From: an uncultured Candidatus Saccharibacteria bacterium
GTDB taxonomy: Bacteria; Patescibacteriota; Minisyncoccia; Phycocordibacterales; Phycocordibacteraceae
DNA length: 64,000 bases
Direction: 5' to 3'
Assembly (NCBI GenBank): GCA_964371445.1
Contig: CAYJLK010000003.1
Coordinates: 1,108 to 65,107, forward strand
The notes below the pieces were generated by a model that saw only the letters and a list, made by a program, of their open reading frames with translations, searched no databases and was not told the origin of the DNA. The position numbers and the translations under genes were made by a program. Of this stretch, positions 9,243-18,740 are shown in pieces. Position 1 is the first letter of the stretch, and the number at the start of each line of letters is the position of its first letter.

Positions 9243-10001
9243 ATGAATGACGATCTGACGCGCGACACGGATACTGCACAACCGCCGATTCACGAACACA
9301 CCGAACGGCTTGCGAAAATAATTCATGAAGGAGGGCGGACTCAGCCGAAAGATCGTCCGCTCCTTGTCTGTAAGCCGCGAAAGATAGAGTCGTGGCGCGT
9401 TTTTAAGATCCTGTCTGAATTTATCGAAGGGTTCGATATTATCCGCCGCTACGGTCTCGCCGTATCCTTCTTCGGCAGTGCGCGCGCTACGCTCGGCGAC
9501 GACTCATATCGGCACGCCGAGGAGCTGGCGAGCCGGCTCTCGAAGAAAGGCTTTGCTGTGGTCACCGGCGGCTCCTCCGGCATTATGCAGGCGGCAAATA
9601 AGGGCGCCTTTGAGGCTGGTGGCGCATCCGTCGGGCTCAATATCAATCTGTCGGAGACGCAGAACTACAACCCGTATCTCACCGAGAAATTCGTCTTCGA
9701 CCATTTCTTCGTGCGGAAAGTGATGCTGACCTATTCTTCTGAAGCCTATGTGTATTTCCCGGGCGGTTTCGGAACACTCGATGAATTATTCGAGATTGTG
9801 ACACTCGTGCAGACCAAGAAGATACGCAAGGTCCCGATCGTCCTCTTCGGAAAGGATTATTGGCAGCCGCTCATCGGCTTTATCGAAAAAACGCTCTACG
9901 AGGATCATGCGGCTATCGATAAGGACGATATGACGCTCTACACGCTTGTCGACTCGGTCGATGAGGCATACGAGTACATCACCGCACACGTTACCTGCTA
10001 G
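9243..10001 (+). CDS. LOG family (TIGR00730-type) nucleotide phosphoribohydrolase
   Basis: FFGSAR, TGGSSGIMQAANKGA, FFVRKVM, PGGFGTLDE. Confidence 0.9.
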   Translation: MNDDLTRDTDTAQPPIHEHTERLAKIIHEGGRTQPKDRPLLVCKPRKIESWRVFKILSEFIEGFDIIRRYGLAVSFFGSARATLGDDSYRHAEELASRLSKKGFAVVTGGSSGIMQAANKGAFEAGGASVGLNINLSETQNYNPYLTEKFVFDHFFVRKVMLTYSSEAYVYFPGGFGTLDELFEIVTLVQTKKIRKVPIVLFGKDYWQPLIGFIEKTLYEDHAAIDKDDMTLYTLVDSVDEAYEYITAHVTC

Positions 10002-10061
10002 CAGGGAACAGGGTAGGGGAAAACTCCTTGTACGACATTCTCCCGTGGTATCCTCTTCCCC

Positions 10062-10175
10062 ATGAGCCAAAAATCTCGCCGCGCTGAACGTCTCCAGCTC
10101 TATGCCTTTTGGACAGGATTAACCAGTACAATTATCAGCCTTTCGCACGTCATCATCATCGCCATTAAGAAATAG
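10062..10175 (+). CDS. 37-aa hydrophobic peptide MSQKSRRAERLQLYAFWTGLTSTIISLSHVIIIAIKK (type I toxin-like)
   Basis: Translated by hand (below the ORF-track cutoff). Basic N-terminus, one TM-length hydrophobic run, terminal KK; TGgTATCCT lies 7 nt upstream. Confidence 0.6.
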   Translation: MSQKSRRAERLQLYAFWTGLTSTIISLSHVIIIAIKK

Positions 10176-10185
10176 GGAATAAAGC

Positions 10186-10209
10186 AAAGACGCCCGACCG
10201 AGCGTCTTT
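10186..10209 (-). terminator. Intrinsic terminator, better formed on the minus strand
   Basis: Minus strand AAAGACGCTCG-GT-CGGGCGTCTTT followed by GCTTTATT. Confidence 0.65.
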
Positions 10210-10278
10210 CTTCGTGGGGGAGCGCGGTGGCTATAGTGCGCACATTATATCTTTTGCGAACAATCGCTCGTCAAAGCT

Positions 10279-10560
10279 TCAGAGATTCTCCAGAACAGAC
10301 ATGAATTCCTCCTCACTTATTCCAAGGTTCTGCCATGCCTTTTTTAGATTGGTATCCCAGATTATTTTCTTTCGTTTGTGCCCAACATGTACAACCCATA
10401 TCTCGCAGGGTTCTTTATCACCTTCTTTCTCAAATAAGCGGAATGCTACCGCCGAACCTCTTTTTGACTCAATTTCGCATTTCCCATAACCCCGAGTTGC
10501 CGCGCAAATACGGACAGCTTTTTCGTACTCTTTAAGACCGTATTTTGTGGGTTTCGGCAT
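10279..10560 (-). CDS. HicA-like small protein (putative type II toxin)
   Basis: KRGSA-F, VHVGH..KII..TNLKK...LGISEEEF match the HicA layout; AT-rich; overlaps the upstream hicB-like stop. Confidence 0.55.
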   Translation of the reverse strand: MPKPTKYGLKEYEKAVRICAATRGYGKCEIESKRGSAVAFRLFEKEGDKEPCEIWVVHVGHKRKKIIWDTNLKKAWQNLGISEEEFMSVLENL

Positions 10561-10888
10561 GATAATTAAGTTGGTCCACAATGCCTTTTTCCTCTATCGC
10601 ATCATCAACTACCCGGGAAAAGATCTGACGATTTTCGAGGTCATCTTGGACTTTGTTTACAAGATGCACTGGGAACCCAAAATTACGAAGCTCATCTTCG
10701 TAGGCTTCAACAAGTTCTTTGAGATTGTCGAGGGTTTCCTTTTTTGTGTTTCCTTCAACAGTTACGTTGTAGGGGTGCGCGAAGCCCTTCCAGTATCCTT
10801 CCTGGGACTTATAAACCACCAATATCGCCGAAAAATCAACGGTTTTAGCGGTTTTTCTTACTGGTCTAAGAGATAGAGATGTAGCCAT
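10532..10888 (-). CDS. HicB-like antitoxin
   Basis: VVYKSQEGYW..AHP..VTVEGNTKKETLDNLKELVEAYEDEL matches the HicB N-domain pattern. Confidence 0.6.
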   Translation of the reverse strand: MATSLSLRPVRKTAKTVDFSAILVVYKSQEGYWKGFAHPYNVTVEGNTKKETLDNLKELVEAYEDELRNFGFPVHLVNKVQDDLENRQIFSRVVDDAIEEKGIVDQLNYHAETHKIRS

Positions 10889-10944
10889 AAGGGTATGCTA
10901 GTACAAGTCCAAGAACAAGGCAAGATTTAGGATTTAACAACTTT

Positions 10945-11130
10945 TTATGATAGCGGACGGATCCAATAGGTGGCCCACGTCCAAGCCTCGGTGAGGACAC
11001 TCAGAAGGTAGGTGAGGTTTGCCTGGCCGACTGGAGAGTTGACAATCGCTTGGATAGAAATGCCGAAGAACGACAACGCTAGGAAGAGGACGAGCGTCCA
11101 GAACACCAGACGGACCATCTCATGGATCAT
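10945..11130 (-). CDS. Small membrane protein (61 aa)
   Basis: Hydrophobic N-helix; ATG 7 nt after TGaTATAAT. Confidence 0.65.
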   Translation of the reverse strand: MIHEMVRLVFWTLVLFLALSFFGISIQAIVNSPVGQANLTYLLSVLTEAWTWATYWIRPLS

Positions 11131-11163
11131 GGTGTGCATTATATCAAATGATAGAATCTCGGC

Positions 11164-11778
11164 ATGCCGAGAAAGACTTCTGCACTCAAGCATTTCAAGC
11201 GCGTTGACCCGCAGTTCTACACCGCGACACAGGCATACCACACTTCCCTACCAACGCAACTCCCTGAGAAGAAAACACGCGCACAATTATTTGCATCATT
11301 GGTGCGCATTGTTATTTCTCAACAGCTCGGCACCGCCGCCGCCCGAAGCATTTTCCTGCGCACAAAAGAAGCGTGTAAGGGCCGATTGACTCCGGAGTCG
11401 GTCAGCAGGGCCTCTCCGGCGGCCTTGCGCAAGGCCGGTCTCTCAGGCGCGAAGGTGAAGACGCTGAAAGCGATTGCCCGGGCGGTAAAAAATAATTCGC
11501 TCGATCTTCTTTCATTAAAGAAAATTTCTGAAGCGCAAGCCGCAGAGAAATTAATGGCGATATGGGGTCTCGGTCCCTGGTCGGTCGAGATGTTCTTGAT
11601 GAACTCCCTCGGCCGCACCGACGTCTTCTCACCGGGCGACCTCGGCCTCATCCGTGCGATGGAAGTCATCTATGGTCTGCCGAAAAATGCGCCCCACTCT
11701 TCCCTCTTGGCTATCGCCGAAAAATGGTCGCCCTACCGTTCCTACGCTTCCCTCCTCCTCTGGCGCACGCGAGATTAA
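11164..11778 (+). CDS. alkA: DNA-3-methyladenine glycosylase II (AlkA/HhH-GPD family)
   Basis: VISQQL, GLSGAK, HhH IWGLGPWSVEM, GDLGL, WSPYRSYA. Confidence 0.88.
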   Translation: MPRKTSALKHFKRVDPQFYTATQAYHTSLPTQLPEKKTRAQLFASLVRIVISQQLGTAAARSIFLRTKEACKGRLTPESVSRASPAALRKAGLSGAKVKTLKAIARAVKNNSLDLLSLKKISEAQAAEKLMAIWGLGPWSVEMFLMNSLGRTDVFSPGDLGLIRAMEVIYGLPKNAPHSSLLAIAEKWSPYRSYASLLLWRTRD

Positions 11779-13109
11779 AGATACGACAGCGGGTTTAGGT
11801 AGGCGGTCAAAGTGGCGACCGGCATTTTGGCGTTCGCACAGCCAACCGTTGAGCCGCGGAATTGCTTCAGGGTCATGATTTGTGTCCCTTCGGTTGCATA
11901 CACGCCGAAGTGGATGTGCGGTCCGGTCGCGTAGCCCGTCATGCCGGAAAGGCCGACGAGCTGCTTCGTAGACACCTCCTGCCCTTTTGCCACGTCAATG
12001 GAGGAGAGGTGCGAATAGAGCGTGCTGAGCCCGTTGCCGTGGATAACCATCACCCACTTGCCGAAGGAGTAGCACCCGCGCACCAGATCGGTATTGCCAG
12101 TGTCGAGCACCGTCCCCTCGAGTGACGCATAGACGGGCGTGCCGATGGGCGCCGCGATATCGATGGCGTTATGGCCTTTTCCGTTATACACCTGCGGGTT
12201 CGCGGTCGAGAACGGCGTGTTGCCGAAAAATTGTGTGATGCAAAAGAGATTTCCGAATACGCTCTTACGCTGAGTGCAATTGAACATAAAGGCATTGCTA
12301 AACGGCCACGAGAGCACGCCCGAACCGACTTTCGGCAGAAGACCGGGATGCACGATAAGATTCAATTGGCCCTGCAGATTGAGGAGTTCCTGTTCAAACG
12401 CTTTTTCTGCCGCCTGCTTCTGCGCGATGAGCTTCTGGTAATTCGATTCCTGATTTTTTGTATCGGAGAGCAGTTTTTGTTGTGCTGCCTTGTTTGCGTC
12501 GACCGAACGCTTTTGGAGAGTGAGCTCCTTTTGGAGCGACAGGAGCTGGGCTTTTTTTGCAGAAACTTCGTCGCGATTGGTCGCGAGTTCGGTGCGCACG
12601 GCGCGGAGGTCTGCAATATCGTTCCCTAACGCCCGATTGAACTGCACCGCATGATCGACCGCTTGCCACGCCTCGCCGAGCGTGTCTCCAGAGAGAAGTT
12701 GTGTCACGAGCGATGATCGTTCGTCTTGCGCGATACGGCGAAGCGCTTTTGCGATCGCGTCTTTGTCGTCCGCGATTGACTGCTCCTTGTCGCCGATGGA
12801 GCGAGTAAGCTCTTGTATCTGGAGGTTTGCGGAGGCGATCTTGCTCTGTGTCACCTTTATCTGCGAGGCGAGCTGTTTCTGCGAGAGGGTGAGAGCGCTG
12901 ATCGTCGACTGGAGCGTATTTTTCTTCGCACCAAGCACATCAAGCTCTTTCTGGAACGCGGCAATGTCCGCCTCGAGCGATTTGATCTGCGCGCTGTTCG
13001 CATCGATCTGGGCTTGGATGTCAGCGGCCGACTGCGCCGTAGCCGTCGGCGCAGGCAATAGAAAAGAAATTCCCAGGAGGAGGAAGAAGGTGCAACGAGC
13101 GAGACTCAT
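11775..13109 (-). CDS. Secreted coiled-coil M23 peptidoglycan endopeptidase
   Basis: Signal peptide, long coiled coil, HNAID, YSHLS, TGPHIHF. Confidence 0.88.
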   Translation of the reverse strand: MSLARCTFFLLLGISFLLPAPTATAQSAADIQAQIDANSAQIKSLEADIAAFQKELDVLGAKKNTLQSTISALTLSQKQLASQIKVTQSKIASANLQIQELTRSIGDKEQSIADDKDAIAKALRRIAQDERSSLVTQLLSGDTLGEAWQAVDHAVQFNRALGNDIADLRAVRTELATNRDEVSAKKAQLLSLQKELTLQKRSVDANKAAQQKLLSDTKNQESNYQKLIAQKQAAEKAFEQELLNLQGQLNLIVHPGLLPKVGSGVLSWPFSNAFMFNCTQRKSVFGNLFCITQFFGNTPFSTANPQVYNGKGHNAIDIAAPIGTPVYASLEGTVLDTGNTDLVRGCYSFGKWVMVIHGNGLSTLYSHLSSIDVAKGQEVSTKQLVGLSGMTGYATGPHIHFGVYATEGTQIMTLKQFRGSTVGCANAKMPVATLTAYLNPLSYL

Positions 13110-14455
13110 CCTTCGAGTATAGCAATAGCTTTCTGTACGCGCGAAACCGATTCTTCGGGGCCGAGGATCGCTATAAGCGTGAAGGGGTCGGGCGATCGTT
13201 CCTGTCCGGAAAGTGCGTAGCGCAAGGGCCATAGGACGGCGCCGCGACCCCCCTTCCCTTTTGCTTCTTCGGCGTCCGCTACGGGCATAATGACCTCTTT
13301 CACCGACTCGACAGAAACGCCCTCGGGAAGCGATTTTACGGCCTTACAGAGGGTTTCTAGGGCGGTTTTAGCCACTCCAGGGCGGTCAGGGAGCTCCTTG
13401 GCGAGGAGGCCGTCCAGGCTTGGTGCGGGCGCACTGAACAAGCACTTTAGCTCTCCGTCAAGCATCTCGCGCGCCTCGCCAAACGTACGGGCACGCTCTT
13501 TCAGAAGAGGTACAGCCCTACGGAATTTCTCGTCGCCCATGTTGGACGTACTACGTCCAACATGCAAATGTATGAGGAAATCATCGTCGGAGAGCGCGCG
13601 CATCCAATGTTGATTGACCGAGAGGAGTTTTGTCTCGTCAAATACCGCCCCTCCCTTTTGCACGCGAGACAGGTCAAAGGTCTCGATGAGCTCTTCTCGC
13701 GAGAGATACTCGCGGTCGTCGCCCGGATTCCAACCGAGAAGCGCGAGGTAGTTGAGCATAGCCTCCGGCAGTACGCCCATGTCGCGGTATTCGTACAGAG
13801 GCTTCGCGCCGGTACGGGTCGAAAGCTTTGTTCGGTTCGTATTTAGAAGAAGTGGCACGTGCGCGTAGATGGGGTGCGGGAGGCCGAGTGCCTCTTGTAT
13901 CAGAATATGGCGCGGCGTGTTTGAGATATGGTCTTCGCCGCGTATAACGTGCGTCACCTTCATATCGCCGTCGTCCACGACGACGGCGAAGTGATAGAGC
14001 GGGTCATCGATAGCTCGCGCGATGACGAAGTCGCCAAGCTCGGTCGTGTCAAAGGTAATGTCGCCGCGTATCTCATCGTGGAACGTCAGGTTCGTTTTTG
14101 GGTTGCGCAGGCGCACCACGTCAACCATGACGGCGGGGTCATCTTTTTTAGGTTCATGCGAGAGATAGGCTTTGTCTTCGGCAATCAGTTTTTGCAACAG
14201 TTCTTTGTGGCGTTCCATGCGGTCGCTTGAGCGCGTCGGCGGTTCAGACGGCATGAGGTCAAGCCAGGCGAGCGTGTCGAATATGTTTTGTTCGTATTCG
14301 GGTTTAGAACGCGCCTTGTCGGTATCTTCAATCCGCACGAGTGAAGAACCGTTCGTATGCTTTGCAAATAGATAACAAAAAACGGCAGTACGATAATTAC
14401 CGGCGTGTTTGAGGCCGGTCGGCGACGGCGCGAAACGGGTGATAACGGGACTCAT
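13106..14455 (-). CDS. gltX: Glutamate--tRNA ligase
   Basis: TRFAPSPTG..HAGN, RIEDTD, THVIRGEDHISNT, KLSTR. Confidence 0.95.
   Translation of the reverse strand: MSPVITRFAPSPTGLKHAGNYRTAVFCYLFAKHTNGSSLVRIEDTDKARSKPEYEQNIFDTLAWLDLMPSEPPTRSSDRMERHKELLQKLIAEDKAYLSHEPKKDDPAVMVDVVRLRNPKTNLTFHDEIRGDITFDTTELGDFVIARAIDDPLYHFAVVVDDGDMKVTHVIRGEDHISNTPRHILIQEALGLPHPIYAHVPLLLNTNRTKLSTRTGAKPLYEYRDMGVLPEAMLNYLALLGWNPGDDREYLSREELIETFDLSRVQKGGAVFDETKLLSVNQHWMRALSDDDFLIHLHVGRSTSNMGDEKFRRAVPLLKERARTFGEAREMLDGELKCLFSAPAPSLDGLLAKELPDRPGVAKTALETLCKAVKSLPEGVSVESVKEVIMPVADAEEAKGKGGRGAVLWPLRYALSGQERSPDPFTLIAILGPEESVSRVQKAIAILEG
13538..13564. repeat. Perfect 12-3-12 palindrome (GGACRY-N3-RYGTCC family) inside gltX
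   Basis: CATGTTGGACGT-ACT-ACGTCCAACATG, encoding HVGRSTSNM. Confidence 0.8.
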
Positions 14456-15591
14456 GATTCGTGAGAGAGCGCGAGGTCAAGCACTTGTCGAGCGAGGATG
14501 CGCGCGGCGTCCGGATCGGTAAATCCGGATGCGGACTCCCCCATCTTCTTCCCAAGCGCCGGATCGCCCACGATGCGCCGGATCTCCGAGACGAGGAGAT
14601 GCGGAGTGAGATTCTCTTCTTCGATGACGATCGCCGCGCCAGTGCGCGCGTAGGCGTACGCGTTTGTGCGCTGGTCGTGGCTCACCGACTCGGGAATCGG
14701 GATGATGATCGCCGGCTTCTTCCAGAGTCCGATCTCGGCGATGGAGTTTGCGCCCGCTCGCGAGACCACGATATCCGCAACCGCCGCCGCCCTCTGAAGC
14801 GATATCTCGGAGAGATAGTTGATGGGATGATAGCGGCCCGCCTGTTCGGACTTCCCGAGCACGACCTGCGAGACCGCCTGAACATTTTTGAAATGCGCCG
14901 GACCCGTCTGGTGGATGACGTTGGCAAGCGCGACGAGATCCAGCAACGAGGTGAGCACCACTTCGTTTATCCTTGCCGCGCCCTGCGAACCGCCGATGAT
15001 AAGGACGGTTGGAACATCCTTTTCAAGTCCGAGGTATTGCCGCGCGCCTTCGGCCTCAATGCGCGTGAGCGCCTTGCGGATCGGAATGCCGGTGCGGGCG
15101 ATCTTGCTCTGCGCGTTCTTGGGGAAATAGCTCGCTGCGCTTTCAAACGAGATGGCTATCTTCACCGCAAATTTCGCCGCGAGCAGGTTCGCACGGCCCG
15201 GCTTCGCGTCTGATTCGTGGATGACGATGGGGATGCGCAGGAGGCGCGCGGCAAGCACGGTCGGCACGCTGCCGTACCCTCCCTTGCTCATCACGACGTC
15301 CGGATAGAGGCGGTAGAGCGCGAGAGCCGCTCGCACCGTCCCCGCGAGAGTAACGAACAGGTCGGTGACGTTCCGGAGCGACGAGTAGCGCCGCATCTTC
15401 CCCGCCGGTATGCGGATATAGGCGATGCCGTTTTCAAAAAGCGCGTTCTGGTCGAACGGGTCGGGTGCGAGGTAATAGAGCGTCGGCTCGACGAGATGCT
15501 CTTCGCGGACGATGTCCCGCATGGCTTCGGCGATGGCGATGATGGGATAAAAATGCCCTCCTGAACCGGCTCCGGTAAACACGATAGTCAT
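14452..15591 (-). CDS. murG: Lipid II GlcNAc transferase MurG
   Basis: GAGSGGHFYP, KGGYGSVP, HESD..PG.AN, GGSQGA, SRAGA. Confidence 0.95.
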   Translation of the reverse strand: MTIVFTGAGSGGHFYPIIAIAEAMRDIVREEHLVEPTLYYLAPDPFDQNALFENGIAYIRIPAGKMRRYSSLRNVTDLFVTLAGTVRAALALYRLYPDVVMSKGGYGSVPTVLAARLLRIPIVIHESDAKPGRANLLAAKFAVKIAISFESAASYFPKNAQSKIARTGIPIRKALTRIEAEGARQYLGLEKDVPTVLIIGGSQGAARINEVVLTSLLDLVALANVIHQTGPAHFKNVQAVSQVVLGKSEQAGRYHPINYLSEISLQRAAAVADIVVSRAGANSIAEIGLWKKPAIIIPIPESVSHDQRTNAYAYARTGAAIVIEEENLTPHLLVSEIRRIVGDPALGKKMGESASGFTDPDAARILARQVLDLALSHES

Positions 15592-15610
15592 GCGCGGATT
15601 ATATCAGTTT

Positions 15611-16708
15611 TTAACTCCTTGTATGAGCGGCAACATTCAAGATGAACCCGCACATAAGGAGTACGGAGAAGAGCGCGGTCCCGCCGTGGGAGATGAAGGG
15701 CAAGGGTAATCCGGTAAGCGGGATGATGCCGAGCATCGCGCATATATTGATGAGTGCTTGAAAAATGATGAGGAAGGAGAATCCGAATGCGACAAGCCCG
15801 CCGAACATATCCCGTGAGTTCCCCGCTATCACGATGCCGCGCGCCGCAAGAGCGAGAAAAAGCGCAAGGAGGAGCGCCGCGCCGACGAAACCGGTTTCCT
15901 CGGCGAAGACGGCGAACACCGAGTCTCCGGCGGGTTCCGGCAGATAATTGAACTTTTCCACGCTCTGTCCAAACCCTCTTCCGAAGAGCCCTCCAGAGCC
16001 TATCGCGATGAGGGACTGTTGGATCTGGTATCCGCTCCCCAGAGAATTTTCTGAAGGATTGATAAATGTTTTGACGCGCTCGAGTACGTACGGCCGCATA
16101 GAAACAACGATGAGGAGCGTGATGAGAACGCCAATGCCGAGGATGCCGAAGTCGCGCCAGGGCGCTCCCGCGACGAAGTACATGGCGGCGCCAGTGATGA
16201 TGAGGAGGAGCGTGGTCGAGGTGTTCGGCTGAGCGAGCAGGATCGCCGTGGCCGGAATCAAAAGAGCAATGAACGGCAGCAACCCTTTCTTCGGACTCGA
16301 CAGTTGCCGCGCCCGCGGAGTGAGCCACCACGCAAGCACGAGCACGAACCCGATCTTCAGGAACTCAGCCGGCTGGACGGTCGTTACACCGAGATTGATC
16401 CAGCGCGTGGCTCCTCCGGCATGAAATCCTATGCCCGGGACGAAGACGAGTGCGGTAAAGAGAAGGGCGAGGATATAGAGAAGCGGAGCGAAGCGCCGCA
16501 CATGGGTCAAGGGGAGGGCGCGCGCGACGATGAATGCGAGGAATCCGAATCCGAGACCGAGCCCCGCCTGAAGCAAGATATCTTTTGATACCGAACTGCT
16601 TTCGCGCGCGAGGAGCCCGAGCGCCGCTGAAGAGTAGATAGCGAGACCGGCAAGCGCGATTGAGCACACGAGCATGAAGAACATGCGGTCGCCGGAAACG
16701 AGCTTCAT
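15611..16708 (-). CDS. ftsW: SEDS peptidoglycan glycosyltransferase FtsW
   Basis: GATRWI...QPAEFLK, GYQIQQS, YLPEP..D, PLTGLPLPFISHGG; lies between mraY and murG. Confidence 0.9.
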   Translation of the reverse strand: MKLVSGDRMFFMLVCSIALAGLAIYSSAALGLLARESSSVSKDILLQAGLGLGFGFLAFIVARALPLTHVRRFAPLLYILALLFTALVFVPGIGFHAGGATRWINLGVTTVQPAEFLKIGFVLVLAWWLTPRARQLSSPKKGLLPFIALLIPATAILLAQPNTSTTLLLIITGAAMYFVAGAPWRDFGILGIGVLITLLIVVSMRPYVLERVKTFINPSENSLGSGYQIQQSLIAIGSGGLFGRGFGQSVEKFNYLPEPAGDSVFAVFAEETGFVGAALLLALFLALAARGIVIAGNSRDMFGGLVAFGFSFLIIFQALINICAMLGIIPLTGLPLPFISHGGTALFSVLLMCGFILNVAAHTRS

Positions 16709-17787
16709 ACCGGCTTCAGCAGAGCGACCGTCATGCCGACGATGGCGCAGATGATGGAGATGATCCAATACCGCATGGTCACTTTATATGAAGGCCACCC
16801 GATTGCCTCGAAATGATGGTGGAGCGGTGCGATGCGGAACACTTTTTTCCCGCGGAATTTCTTTGAGGCGACTTGAATGATGTTCGAGAGGACAGTGATT
16901 ACGAGCGGGAACGCGATAATAGGAAGTGCCGCGATGCCGTAGCCGTTGCCGGGCGTGTCGGTCATGAAGGCGATGACCGCAAGCGTCATGGTGAGCCCCA
17001 TCGTGCCGGTCTCGGTCATCCAGAACCGCGCCGGCGGAATATTGAACCACAGGAAGGCGAGTATCGCGCCGGTGAGGGTTGCGGAGAAGGCTGCTAGATT
17101 GATCTGATTTTGGAAATAGGCGATGCCGGCATACGCCATGAATGCGGTACTGAAGACGCCTCCAGCGAGCCCATCGATGCCGTCGATAACGCCGCCCGCG
17201 TAGAGCCCGAGCGTGATGACTATGAAGAGCGGAATGATAAGTGCTCCGACGAACAGCGTTCCGTCGCCCGGTATGCCAATCGTGTCGACGCCAAGTTTCA
17301 GGTAGAACCACCAGCCGATAAATCCCGACACGAGCGTAACGAAGATGAGCCGCGTGCGCAGGCGGACACCCCGTTCGCCCGAAGGATGTATATCGAGCAT
17401 GTCATTGACGAATCCCATAAGGGCGCCGGCGAGAAGCGCAAAAAGCGGTATCCATGTCTGGCTGCGGCTGAGGAAGTCGAGCTTCTCGAACAGCGGCACG
17501 GGAATGAATCGCGCGAGGAGCCATGCGCCGAGTGTGACTATCGTGACGCTCGCCCAGATAAGGATGCCGCCCATGCGCGGCGTCGACGTCTCGGTATCGG
17601 TGTGCATAGTCGTGCGGATCTTCTCGAATTCGATCGCCGGCGTGCCGTCGAGTGCGGTCTTCGTCACTACCTTCTTCCACACGCGATACTTATAGAGATA
17701 GTGGGTGAGGAGCGGAGCGAACAGGATACCGACCACGAATGCGCCGGTCGCGGGAATGAATACCTTGATGATATTTGAAGTAATCAT
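16705..17787 (-). CDS. mraY: Phospho-MurNAc-pentapeptide transferase MraY
   Basis: TPRMGG, IDGIDGLAGG, FLWFN.PPA, APLHHHFE..GW. Confidence 0.93.
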   Translation of the reverse strand: MITSNIIKVFIPATGAFVVGILFAPLLTHYLYKYRVWKKVVTKTALDGTPAIEFEKIRTTMHTDTETSTPRMGGILIWASVTIVTLGAWLLARFIPVPLFEKLDFLSRSQTWIPLFALLAGALMGFVNDMLDIHPSGERGVRLRTRLIFVTLVSGFIGWWFYLKLGVDTIGIPGDGTLFVGALIIPLFIVITLGLYAGGVIDGIDGLAGGVFSTAFMAYAGIAYFQNQINLAAFSATLTGAILAFLWFNIPPARFWMTETGTMGLTMTLAVIAFMTDTPGNGYGIAALPIIAFPLVITVLSNIIQVASKKFRGKKVFRIAPLHHHFEAIGWPSYKVTMRYWIISIICAIVGMTVALLKPV

Positions 17788-18737
17788 GGCGAAGAGAGCG
17801 AGGCGACGCCTGCAAAGTGCGCGAGTGTCGCGGATATGAGTGCCGAGCCGTCGCTGAAGCGGCCTGTCTTGGAGGAACCGAGAACGACGACCGCGATCGG
17901 GTGCTGTATGCCGCTATCGAATACCAGGACGAGATTGCCTCCGGCAAGATCGGTAAACCCGGTCTTTGAGAGAAGGAGGCGCGGGATGACACCCACCATC
18001 GGATCGGTATTTTTCACATTGAAAACGGTCCCGCCCGCCGACGTAGCCTGCGCGGACTCTCTCGTCGTAGCCGCCGCAACTGCCGGAGCCTGTTCGACAA
18101 GGGCGCCCGCGAGGCGGGCAAGGTCTCGGGCGGATCCGTATCCGCCCGAGATCGTGGCGCTCACATCAAGACCGCTCCCGTTGACCGCATAGGTCTGCGA
18201 GAGGTCGAGCGCCGCCGCCGCTCCCGCAAGCGCCTCGTTCTGGGTACTGTTCTGCCGCGCGGCGGTCGCGGAAGCGATCGCGGCGGCGCCGTCGTTGAGC
18301 GAGGCGGTGAGCGTGAGGCGTGCGAGGTCAGAGAGTGAAAAGGTTTGTCCTTCGTTGAAGGCGCGCGGCGCGTCAACGCGGAGCGCTTCCGCGGGGATGG
18401 TGATTGGCGTGTCCGACGGTAATTTCGAAAATGCCGCATAGACCGTGAGCAGTTTTGTAAGCGATGCGAGCGGGAGTTGTGCATCGGCGTTTTTGTCATA
18501 CAAGATTTCACCGGTCGCGAGGTCGTATACGATGGCCGCCCGTGCCGCAAGCGGGATCCCCGCAAAGGCGTCCGGTGCGGGAGAAGTCTCCGCGATGAGT
18601 ATCGCGGGCGGTTGTTTCGGTCCGAAGGGGACATACAGAGATACGGCGAGGACGAGAGACGCGATGATGAGTGCATACCCGCTCTCGCGCATGGAGCGAG
18701 TGCGTTCGGCGAGTTTCTGAAGATCAGCGGAATCCAT
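17784..18737 (-). CDS. D-alanyl-D-alanine carboxypeptidase (S11)
   Basis: SxxK (ASLTK), SxN (SLN), KTG. Confidence 0.85.
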   Translation of the reverse strand: MDSADLQKLAERTRSMRESGYALIIASLVLAVSLYVPFGPKQPPAILIAETSPAPDAFAGIPLAARAAIVYDLATGEILYDKNADAQLPLASLTKLLTVYAAFSKLPSDTPITIPAEALRVDAPRAFNEGQTFSLSDLARLTLTASLNDGAAAIASATAARQNSTQNEALAGAAAALDLSQTYAVNGSGLDVSATISGGYGSARDLARLAGALVEQAPAVAAATTRESAQATSAGGTVFNVKNTDPMVGVIPRLLLSKTGFTDLAGGNLVLVFDSGIQHPIAVVVLGSSKTGRFSDGSALISATLAHFAGVASLSSP

Positions 18738-18740
18738 GGT

